From positions 206,956,001 through 207,018,565 of the forward strand of contig NC_091473.1 of the NCBI RefSeq assembly GCF_036971445.1: a stretch of DNA of 62,565 nucleotides, in the 5' to 3' direction. The notes beneath the pieces were generated by a model. It was given only the letters and a program-made list of their open reading frames with translations, did not search any database and had not been told where the DNA came from. The DNA comes from Narcine bancroftii. Lineage: Eukaryota. Below are positions 13,331 through 23,817 of the stretch, in pieces (within the stretch, counting starts at the first letter, position 1; every line of letters starts with the position of its first letter). The position numbers were made by a program, and so were the translations under genes.

Positions 13331-13615
13331 CGTGTGATAATTATAATGTTTTATGTTATATGTTATATTCGGAATATTTACATTTCAATTTATATTAATT
13401 TGATTTTAATATGTTTATTTAACTTTTTAAATATTTTTTTCCTTTTACTTTTTTTACGGCTCTCCTTAGGAGAGTTGGCTGAATGGGGGAATCTTTTCTT
13501 TTCATTTTTTCTAAATATATATAAAAAATTCATATTCATGTTTAATTACTGTATATGTCATATATCATTTGTTTTTTGAACGAATACATAAAGTTTTTTT
13601 TAATTATATAAAACG

Positions 13616-14390
13616 AATTTTTGAGAGTCTAAAGTAAATATTACACTCTCTTAGCTCTATGTATTATTCTTATTACCTTTGTTAAATTATCTGTTTGTTT
13701 TCTCTTTTAACAAATCCAGTTAGGCCCATATTTATTTATTAATTTAGTTCAATATTTCGCTATACTATTTGCTAACATTTTAAATTCTATTTTATAATCT
13801 GCATTTAACAATGAAATGGGATATATGATGATGGATTCAAAGGGTCATTCCTTTTCAGAACCACTGTTGTTATTGGTTCTGGCAAATCGTTCTTCTCTCC
13901 CATCTGTTGTAATACTTCCATAAATGGAGAGGTTAATCAATCTTAAAATGTTTTATAAAATTCAGGGGAAAAACTATCTTCATCCAGAGACTTATTATTT
14001 TGTAATGAGTTCAATGGTTCTTTAACATCCTTTTGAGTAAATGGGTTGACCAATATTCTTTGATTTTCTGCATTTAATTTTGGTAAATTTACTTGGGACA
14101 CAATTTCTTCTATTTTATTTTCATCTGTAAACGATTCAGACTGATATAATCTTTTATAAACTTCGTTAAAGATTTCATTTTCTTGAGATTTATAAGTAAT
14201 GTGTTTTCATTTCTTTTAGTTGCTATAATTCTTCTAGATATTTGTTGTATTTTAATTGCATGCATGAACCTTGTGTGTCCTCTCTCTAATTCATAGTATA
14301 TTTGCTTAGTTCTCATTATATCTCTTTATACTTTATAAGTTTCCAAAATAATTTACTTTAATTTCTTATTTATCAACATTTTTTTTTTCA
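13616..14390 (-). mobile_element. Old L1/Tx1 LINE ORF2, 5' portion (host of the full-length L1)
   Basis: - strand remnants resembling YRPISLLNADYKI (about 13785-13825) and K.PG.DGF..EFYK (about 13955-13995). Confidence 0.75.
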
Positions 14391-15449
14391 TTTGATTGTA
14401 AATGTACTTTTGTGAGCCCTTCTTCAAGGAAAGAACGGCTCATGCCCAAAATGTCGGCAATTTAACTTTTTTTCTTTTTTGGATGCTGAAATGACCAGCA
14501 TTTTTCGTATTAAATCCGTCAGCATTTCGGTGATTTTACTACAATCACAACTTCTGCAGCCTTTTGTGTTTCACTAAGGTCGTAATTTTATTTATTTCCA
14601 CTGAAACGCATTTCATCTACCCACTACATTCTGAATAAAATAATTTATCTCATTGATATTCTTATAATAATTCCTTTCTCACCTTAAATCTACCTCCTCT
14701 AGTTTTCGGCTTCCCTGTCCTGAGCGGAAATAAAATATGAAATTCCCGTCGAATCTAGACTGCTCACGATTGTAAAAATTTCTGTGTGGTGATACTTCAG
14801 CCTCCCACTCTCCAACGAATACTAACCCAGAATACCGATCCTCTCGTTTTAACTCAATTACTCCATTCCCAGTAATATTCAACTGTACCTTTATTCATGT
14901 CGACTATTTTGCAATGAGCTACCTTTGCCTGTTTTGTCTCTGGATTCGATTTTCAAAATACACTTACGCTTGATCGCCCAACTTCAAATCATTCTTAATA
15001 CTAAAATAGAATTAATGCACACGCAATTCGAATTTCACTTGTTTGTGACGTCGCCCCTCTACTCCAGATATTGCCAAACCGGTGTCATAAAATTATTACA
15101 CTACACATACCCTATTCCTATGGCTTCCCCCTCCATATTTTTATAAATTCACTATAACTTGCAATGATTTTATACTCTATCCATTGGGACCTGTGGTGTG
15201 CTAAGTTTGAATTTGCTGCATGTTGAAAATACTACTTTACATCAGGATGAAAGAAATTCAGTAAGCATCTCTCGCACCGCCACAGGTTTTCCTCCATTGA
15301 CGAAATCTTACTTTTTCCACCTTAGTCTCAAACTGCTGGAAAGAAAAGAGAAAAATAAACAAATTTGCAGAAAGACAGGTGGGAAAGCATAACAATAAAT
15401 AAATCAGTAACACTAGTCTCGCTCCGTTCTCCACGTTGTTCGTTTAACA

Positions 15450-15809
15450 CAGTGGTTTCCAAACTGCTTCCCCGAACTCACATTCCACGTTAAGAAATCC
15501 TTATGCAATAAGTACTCTGTGATTAGTAACGGATTACTTAAGGTGGTATGTGAGTGTAAAGAAAAATGTTTGAAAACCACCGTTTTAATCGTACCTAATT
15601 GATTCGTTATGTGCACGCGTTTATACTCCAAAGGAAATGGGTCAATGATTTTTTTCTGAGCAAAAATGTTGCAGTAACAATTGGGTCTAGATCAGTTGTT
15701 CTCAATCTTCCTTTCCCTCACACATACCACCTAAAGTAATCCCTTAGTAATCACTTAGGAATTGGTTATGGTGGAAGATATGTTTAGTGGGAAAGTTTGA
15801 AAACCACTG
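15450..15809. mobile_element. Composite hAT-type MITE (two TIR-bounded subunits) with 8-bp TSD
   Basis: Outer TIRs CAGTGGTTTCCAAACT / AGTTTGAAAACCACTG. Identical flanks GTTTAACA at 15442-15449 and 15810-15817. Internal TIR-like ends at 15582 and 15693. Confidence 0.8.
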
Positions 15810-17345
15810 GTTTAACATCTCTCGGATTAAGCTATCACGGCAGAATTTACCAGCAGCAAATTAATCGATCAAACCTTTGGCACTTTGGAGGAACCCTGAT
15901 CACCCAATGCAACATGCAAAGTAGCGGAGGAAACAGAAAATTGGATATAATAAAAGCACTGGAGGTTAGGTTCTGACCAGAGATGGTGCTTCTATGAAGC
16001 AGAAGTTCCATTTGCTGAATCATTCTTCCAAACAAGAAAATTTAGTTTCAAGAAATGTGATCGTTGGAACACCGGAGTGTTGCACCACCGATATAAACCA
16101 CTTGGCCATTCGTATACATGCTGGGTTTGTGTAAGCACAGGACAGCCAATCCTCCTGTTACATCCATTGTACCTAAGGCAAATGAATGATGATAATTTCA
16201 GTTCTCAAGCGAGTATCTCCTGAATCTGTGCTTTAAGAATCTCTGTAGGAGTAAGGATGAAACACCTTCAGATCTGAATATAATAAATACAAATAGGACA
16301 TGCTCTTGCCAGTTTAGACCGTATTTGTAGGTAAAGAAACAGAGTTAATGTTCCAGTTTGAATACCTGTCGTAAAAAAATTGGAAGGAGAGAAAGGCGGC
16401 TTATTGAGATACAGATATGATTGGGAATAATTGTCGCCAAATGGGAAAACCCGTGGTGATCAGGGTAGTAATCGGTAAATAAGTTTATCTGGTCAGTTTG
16501 TGGATTGGGGTGCGAGGTGGAGAATGACTGCATGAATGAAATGTGGATAAAATAATGCCAGACTTCTGAATAGCAGAGGAAGATGGCATGTCTCTCAAAA
16601 CAGACCAACAGGTTGGTTCTACCTGATAAAATAAGGAAAGCCAAATCAAAAAACTCCATCAATGAGAGAAAATTGTTGACAAAGGATGAAGTAATCTTGG
16701 AATGACGGCAACATATTTTCGTTCAACAGCGATTAATGTGATTCTGAATTTTGTTATTTTGAATATTGGAGAGTAGTAGATATGGTAGGCGATTAGCAGA
16801 AGTCTTTAATAAAGTCATTCGTTGTCTAGTTATTGCTGGTTAAAGCTATGTATTTTCTCTGATGCACTCGGTACGCTGAGAGGGATTATTGTTGAGCATC
16901 TGCTTCCTTCGGCTGGATAATGTAGAAAAATTGTTTCTTCATTAATACATTGGGTCAGAAATTCAGGTGTGAAATCAGAAGTGAATAACGTTCTGGGAGA
17001 TTTACTAATTTGGGAACTTCTACACTGCGAATTGATTGCAGATATTGATGCTGTATATATTTAAGGCTGGAATATATTGACATTTGGACACGCAAAAGGT
17101 TGAATAATTGTGTATATTGGGGAACGAAATGAGCTATAACATTGCATACGGCTTCATGAATACTAGGGCAAATTTGAGATATTGTACAACTTGCATTTTT
17201 TCGTTTTATCGAATCGGAAAGTCGACTTTATTCAGTGCCCTCAGGTGGCTTTTGGGTCCGTCATTTATTTATGAAGGCGTTCGGTATCGTTCATGTGAAC
17301 TTGGTTCTGACGTCTTCACTGTCTTAAATACATTGCTCTTATTGT

Positions 17346-17351
17346 CATGTG
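17346..17351. promoter_or_regulatory. USF-type E-box (GTCATGTGAC) upstream of D1
   Basis: Near-palindromic E-box ending 25 bp before the D1 5' nonamer; a CRE-like TGACGTC lies near 17308. Confidence 0.5.
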
Positions 17352-17376
17352 ACTCCGTGGTAAGATGTAATTGAAA

Positions 17377-17453
17377 CCTTTTTGTATTGACATGTTTCAC
17401 TGTGGGGATGGGGTCACGGTGATTGAAACGCCACCAGCTGCCGTACAATATCT
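17377..17453 (+). other. TRDD: TCR delta D segment 1 (coding 17405-17414, GGGATGGGGT) with 12-RSS and 23-RSS
   Basis: CCTTTTTGT - 12 nt - CACTGTG | GGGATGGGGT | CACGGTG - 23 nt - ACAATATCT. Open in all three frames (GMG, GWG, DG). Confidence 0.93.
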
Positions 17454-18846
17454 TCCCAGCTGCAATACCTTGTTACCCACACGACTTGGATTAAAACGTC
17501 ATTTACATGCCTTGGGTTCTTTTTATCTTCTACTTGATCTGTACTTTTCGAAGATAGCCTGAATATTTATGATTTTTTTAATACTATAAATTCACAGGAT
17601 AGTAGTTTAATTGCGGTTCAGAATGTTGTGAAAAATGTGACTCGATTAACCAGGTTCAGAGCAGAGATAATAATGGATTTTAATGTCTTGAAATGCAACA
17701 TTTAGAAAGGAAGTGGTCATAAAACTAAACAGTAAATCTTCAACACGAACTCTTAAGTATACTTAGGTTTTATTTAATTGTATTTTTGATGGAATTTTGT
17801 GAAACAAATCTATGCCGATGATTAATGGGAACTTTCAATAAAGTAAAGCATAATCTGCAGGAGAAAACTAGCACGTCGCATAGCATGTATGAGTAAAAAT
17901 GAGATGTCTACGTTTCAAGTCCAAATCATTCCTAAAGACTGACTGTGAAGAGAGGAGACATTCAATCTCAGGAGAAATTCAGGAATTGCGATTGTGGACA
18001 GGTCGTGTGTTTGGGCAATCATGTTAATAATCTGTTTTAATCTTTTTTTCTCATTTCATGGGGTTCAGAAAATATTATGAAAGTACGCAGTTGTACAGCC
18101 TCTTGCATGAATCCGTGTGTCTATTGTCGACCGATATATCACAAACAAGTGGAAATAACAATGTAGTGTGATTGTGCAGTTCATGGATCATTCATGTGCC
18201 ATGAGTTTTTCAAGCTCCATCCTCGTCAATGTAACTTTCAATATCTATATAAGTCCTTCCTTTGTCCTTTCTTTGTTCTATACGTTCTGGTTTACACTGT
18301 AAAAAAAAATCTTTGGGTAATGCAAACCAACTGCGTGTTCATCATTAACAAAAAGTATCACTATCTTGAGGATTTCTGCCTCAGTAAAGGAAATGCACGT
18401 GTGTCTACAGTTATCAATTCGTTATCACTAGCGTTGAAGGTTTATTGGTATATTTAAATAATGTGTTCAAGGAGACTGTTCGGGGTCATTGAGATTACAT
18501 CGGATTCTAGATCATTTCCGACAATCCACCATTTATTTTGTCTGCAATATTTTCTCTGCCAGTATCGTGCTCGTTATCCTGCTGGATTTTCCGGGTGGAT
18601 GCAACTTAGTGTGGTCAATCAGTCTATCAATTGGCCAACCCTTGGGGCTCTATATCTGACACAGATCAACTGGCGTGATCGCTGCCTTAAGAGTGCATAA
18701 AGCATTGATTGTGCTTGAGTCTCGAGGCAGCCGGAGCCCTATCCTTTCTCGTGCAGCCTGGCGTCTGATTGTGATCGGTGTGGGTCGTATGAAATGCTGT
18801 GAGTTGTTTCTCTCCGTTGCATGTGCTGTGCAGTAACGTGTAATCT

Positions 18847-18852
18847 CACGTG
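18847..18852. promoter_or_regulatory. USF-type E-box CACGTG upstream of D2
   Basis: Ends 25 bp before the D2 5' nonamer, the same spacing as at D1. Confidence 0.5.
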
Positions 18853-18877
18853 GCTCTGCGGGCAGCAACGAGTTGAG

Positions 18878-18955
18878 AGTTTTTGTATTGCCTTGTAGCA
18901 CTGTGTTTGGGATACGCACAGTAGTTGAAGAACCATCAGCAGCAATACATTAACC
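18878..18955 (+). other. TRDD: TCR delta D segment 2 (coding 18906-18916, TTTGGGATACG) with 12-RSS and 23-RSS
   Basis: AGTTTTTGT - 12 nt - CACTGTG | TTTGGGATACG | CACAGTA - 23 nt - ACATTAACC. The GGGATACG core is shared with human TRDD3 and mouse Trdd2. Open in all frames (FGI, LGY, WDT). Confidence 0.96.
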
Positions 18956-19157
18956 TTTCAGCTTCAGAACCTTGTCGACTAGTCAGTAGCTTTGTTAATC
19001 CTCCCTATTATTAACAATTGGAGATTTGCCATTGCATTTAGTATTTATTCTGCTTTAATTAATACGTCGCTGGATATTCAAGGATCCGTCTAAGATCGCC
19101 AGCTGGTTGAAGGAATCTTGGTTCCCTGACTGATGTTACGATGGGAAAGAAAACGCT

Positions 19158-19272
19158 GGTTTCCATGAGATTCGGAGAGAATGTGGAAAAAATCATTTTA
19201 TATGTTTTAACGTGTGGGGCGTTCAATTCATATTTGTGAACGGAATCATGCCGTATGTTTATCCCAGTGAGT
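19158..19272 (+). other. TRDJ: Atypical TCR delta J-like segment (coding 19186-19266, KNHFICFNVWGVQFIFVNGIMPYVYP); ORF or pseudogene
   Basis: Candidate 12-RSS GGTTTCCAT - 12 nt - GAATGTG (19158-19185). Open frame ending VYP + A, then a phase-1 donor GTGAGT at 19267. FGxG is altered to FVNG. Confidence 0.65.
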
Positions 19273-20439
19273 ACCTCGTCCTTAACCTGCTTTTCTACTG
19301 TTTATTTTTAATTTACTATTTGAAAAACCTACGAAGCTGAATGGTCGCCAATGTCGTTTGTATTCAAATCGGCGTCTCTGAGAAACAAATGAAACCTGGG
19401 ACTTGTTATTGGTGGGCAGCCGAGTAGGACTATCCTATTTCCTGTTTCTCCAGCTTCTCAAGTCAAAGTGCTTCATGGAATGAAATTGAATATTGACGGC
19501 ACCAGATCTAATTCAAACTCATGCGTTCACTTGCAATATTTAATTGAACGGTAAGTCAAACCATGCTGTGCAATATAAAACAAAATTATGGGAGCAAAGC
19601 GTATGTGGTCATTTTCGCTTTGCTTAATCCCTTTTCGGGTGGTATAATTCATTCATAGGTTTGATGTTTGCTTTCTCCGCGATTTGGGTACGTTTGAAAA
19701 ATATAAATTAGAGCTGACATAGTTCATGTGCCCTGTCCGCAGTGAAACTAATACACAAAAATAAATTCGGAATGTTGTTTTGCCAGATAAAGACCAGTAT
19801 GATATGTTGATGGTTGACTAATAATTGTTCCTATCCATTGAATCACAAAAAAAAATAGAATGTAAGAGAACATAAAACAAATCAGTTATATGAAGCAGAT
19901 GTGATTAAGAATTCGATTTTACAACCCTGCGTATTTTTTAAGTTTGATTTCTTGTTTGGTGAGTTCCTGAGTTTAAAAAATGGTTGAGGGTTAATTTTGA
20001 TACGGAGACCAGTTTACAACGACGATAAAAACATAATATTAGCAACTATAGCGATCTTACCTCGGATCCAGATTTATAAGGTTGGTCAAGACTATTTCTG
20101 ATTCCTTTTGCGTGCAGGATTTATGTCAGACTGTGGTATGCCATTGTGGAAAAGGGTAACTGCAAAAGTCGTCCATTTAGGTTTTAGTTGTCCCTCTGAT
20201 TCTTATTTAAGTGAGGATGACGTGTTTAAGAGAGAAGTATCTATCTTAAGGATTTACTAACTGCTATTGAGGTTTAATACATGTAAGGATTTGGCACTTG
20301 GTGGATGATACTGCTTCTAACTTAGCCTGGAGTTTTCAGGGTTCTTGTGTGGAATAGATGTACTTTGACATACATTTTGTGGCTCGGGTTTAAGTTAGGG
20401 AGACAGGAGATATTTGTAATAAGCACAGGATTTTGATAG

Positions 20440-22300
20440 AGGGTGATTATAATTTTCCAAAAATAGATCGTAAAACCCATTGCATGAAAGGACTGGATGG
20501 ATTGGAATTTGCTAAATGTATTCAGGATTGTTGTATGCAGCAATACGAAGAGGACTAGTGAAGGGGCAGTGTTGGATCCACTATTGGGGAATGAGATAGG
20601 TCAGGTGAAGGAAGTATGTGTTTGGGAGAATTTTGGGTCCAGTGATCATAGTGCCATTAGCTTCAGTGTATTTATGGAAAGGGATAAGTCAGGACCTAAG
20701 CTTGAGGTTTGCGAGTGCAGAAAAGTTAGATTTGAGGAGATGAGAAGGGATTTTTGAATGCTGGCCTTTGTAAATCATAGCATAAAACGATTTGTTTTAT
20801 GATATGGATGTAGCAGGGAAATTAAGGTCTTTTAAAAGTGAGATTTTGAGGGTCCAAAATCATTATGCTGTAGATAGGGTAAAAGACAGAGTCCAATATT
20901 TGAGAGAATCGTGGATTTCAAGGGATTGGAAATTTAGTTCGAAGAAAGAGGGAAACCCACAATAAATATATGAAACAAGGAATAAAGGAGATGCATTTAA
21001 TGTAAAACACATTTAATATAAAAAGAATCTTAAGAAAGAAATTAGAAAAACTAAAAGAAGGTACGAGGTGGTTATAGCAGACAGGGTGAAAATAAATCCA
21101 AAATATTTCTATAAATATGTTAATAGCAAAAAGAGAGTGAGCAATAAAACATGTCCCTGAGAGAATCAAAAAGGACAACTGTACGTGTAGCCATATGAAA
21201 TGGGGGAGATTTTGAACAATTTCTTTTCTTTGGTATTGACTAAGAAGGATATTGAATTGTTCAGGGTAAAGGAAGCAAAGAGGGTAATTATAGAAAATGT
21301 ATTGATTATGAAAGAGGAAGTACTGGAGCTATTGAAGCATATAAAGGTGGATAAGTCTCCGGGTGCCGATGAGATGTTCTGCAGAACATTAAGAGAAGTC
21401 AATGAGGAAAGGGTAGCGGCTCTGGCAGGGATTTTGCAAATGTCAGTAGAGATGGGTATAGTGCCGATGGATTGCCCTATTGCTAAGGTGACTCGTTTGC
21501 TTAAAAATGGTTCGAGGAGAAAGCCTAACAAGTATCGGCCTGGAGGATTGATGTCTGTGGTAGGTATGTTAATCAAAAGCGTTCTTAGAGATAATATGTA
21601 TAAGTATCTGGAGAAACAAGGTCTGATCAGGAACACCCAACATACATTTGTGCGTGGAAGGTCATATTTGACCAATCTTGTTGAATTGTTTGAGGAAATT
21701 ATGAGGCCCACTCTTCTAAGAAGTCCAAATCCTTTTGCAATCTTTGAAAACCTTCTTCATCATCCACAATTCCATCTAATTTAGAATCACTCGTATATTT
21801 AGTAATCCAATTTACCACACCATCATCCAGATCATTAATGTAAATGACAAACAGAAAAAGGCCAAATACAGATCCCTAAGGCACACCACAACAGTTACCC
21901 ACTAAGACTCTCTGGCATATCCCTTCAAGCCACTGCTAAATCAATTTGACTATCTCAAAAATAATGTTTAGCGCCTCAACCTTCCTAACTAAGCTTTCAT
22001 GAGGAACCGTATCAAACACCTTACTCAAGTCCATATTGACAACATCCACTGATTTCCCATCATTAACATTCTGAAAGATGACAGATGGAATTTAAAGCTG
22101 ATATGTGTGGTGTGTCATTCTGGAAGAAATAACCAAAACAAGACATACATAGTATATGGGAGGGCAAAAAGAAAAAGGAGTAACGGTTCATCATTTCCTG
22201 AAAGTAGAATCTCATGTGGATAGGGTGGAGAAGAAGGCTTTTAGTATACTGGCCTTTATAACTCAAAGCATAGAATACAGGAAGAGCCCAGAGGACCCCA
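20440..22300 (+). mobile_element. Decayed CR1 LINE ORF2 with an internally inverted RT core
   Basis: GSSDH endonuclease end (about 20635) and ORF 21200-21784 (KSPGAD, KYRP, FVRGRSYLTNL). Segment about 21706-22071 reads as CR1 RT on the - strand. + strand resumes with QMEFK. Confidence 0.88.
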
Positions 22301-22690
22301 AAACCGAGGACCAATAGATATTCACCTCGACAAAAGTTGCCAATCATTATCTTTGAACTAGAAAATAGAATCAAAATTGAACTTACCTCCACTAACTTAC
22401 TTAACCTACTTGACCTCCTTCTAAATCTAAGTACATATCTCCTCCTTTGACCAGGAGATCTTTCAAACCTTGCCAGCTTGTATCCCTGAAACTGATGTCT
22501 GTCCCACTNNNNNNNNNNNNNNNNNNNNNNNNNNNNNNNNNNNNNNNNNNNNNNNNNNNNNNNNNNNNNNNNNNNNNNNNNNNNNNNNNNNNNNNNNNNN
22601 NNNNNNNNNNNNNNNNNNNNNNNNNNNNNNNNNNNNNNNNNNNNNNNNNNNNNNNNNNNNNNNNNNNNNNNNNNNNNNNNNNNNNNNNNN

Positions 22691-23740
22691 AGAGCAAAGC
22701 CTGTTTTTTCTCCTCTCTGCCTGAAAAGATCACATGACATTCCAGACTATAAATGCTCCTTTATGGACAAACCTGTGTTACAGAGTTCTCTGTTGTGCAC
22801 CTTGACCTATGTGTTCTGTGGTTTTATGTGAAAAGTGACAGTTTATCTTAGAGAGCCAAGGTGAAGGTGGATGCTGAGAGAATGGTAGACGGACTGAGAA
22901 TGTGCAGAAAATGATCTATAAATTTCTGGACTTGGAAGGTAAACTACCACTGGGGGTGCTGTGGAAGGGAAGAAGGCCCAAAATATGAGTCATTGTCTGT
23001 AAGACAGTTTGGAATGTTGGGATTTCAAAAAGGCTTGAACATTCCGAAGGCAGCCAGAAGGATATGGACCAAGCAATTGTTGTTCTCTCTGCAAGTAACA
23101 TAAGANNNNNNNNNNNNNNNNNNNNNNNNNNNNNNNNNNNNNNNNNNNNNNNNNNNNNNNNNNNNNNNNNNNNNNNNNNNNNNNNNNNNNNNNNNNNNNN
23201 NNNNNNNNNNNNNNNNNNNNNNNNNNNNNNNNNNNNNNNNNNNNNNNNNNNNNNNNNNNNNNNNNNNNNNNNNNNNNNNNNNACAAACAGAATTTTGTTT
23301 ATGATTTTTGCTGCAGATGAGATTGAAGTTTCGTGAGTCTTGTTGTTTTGTGTCCAAGTTTTTTCTGTGGGCTGGCTGGAAAAATAACTTAGACTTTAAT
23401 TGCATATGTTATATTTAGGATGGGGAATTTATTAGTTTTACACTGTTATACAAATTTGCATAATAACCAGTGCGCATTGATATAAAAGCGGGAATTAAAA
23501 TTTGATTATTTTTGTTAATAAAATGATTGTTTATCTTTACCCCTGTGTGACATGCCTTTTTTGTGGTTGCTGGCTTGATCTTGTAATACCTGCTAATGCC
23601 TGTTGTTATATTTCTTGCCTTTTGAAAATAGACTCTGCAAAAGCTCTTGCAAATATTCTGTGCTTAAAAGTGTTTGTGTGTGACATGCTCTAACAAACCT
23701 TTCCAAATTTATCTCCCAAACACCTCTATATACTCTGTCA
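22691..23740 (-). repeat. LTR-like sequence related to 30240-30458, apparently interrupted by another insert and by assembly gaps
   Basis: Blocks GCAAAGCCTG..TTTCTCCTCTCTGCCTG and CTCTAACAAACCTTTCC.AATTTATCTCCCAAACACCTCTATA occur at both places. Confidence 0.55.
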
Positions 23741-23817
23741 ATTTTAACTCTTCAGTTAAAATTCAGTTACAATAAACTGTCTTATAACCACAAAAGAAAT
23801 AACAATACACAATATAT

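Larger units (their letters stand above)
7756..13606 (+). mobile_element. Full-length but inactivated L1-clade LINE (about 5.85 kb)
   Basis: TSD TATAAAACG at 7747-7755 and 13607-13615. 5' CAAGATGGCG motif. ORF1 remnant with ENQSRRNNVKIV. ORF2 from 9708 with APE endonuclease (FATFNVRGLN, FLQETH), RT (YRPTSLLNVDYKI, DAEKAFDRVE, TRQGCPLSP) and C-terminal CFRC..H....C. Many stops and frameshifts. Confidence 0.93.

Noticed and set aside
15448-15454. Perfect CACAGTG heptamer
   Set aside because: No nonamer at 12 or 23 bp. It is formed by the TSD/TIR junction of the hAT MITE.
19541-19556. Strong donor-like GGTAAGT near the D2/J region
   Set aside because: No FGxG-like frame or RSS upstream.
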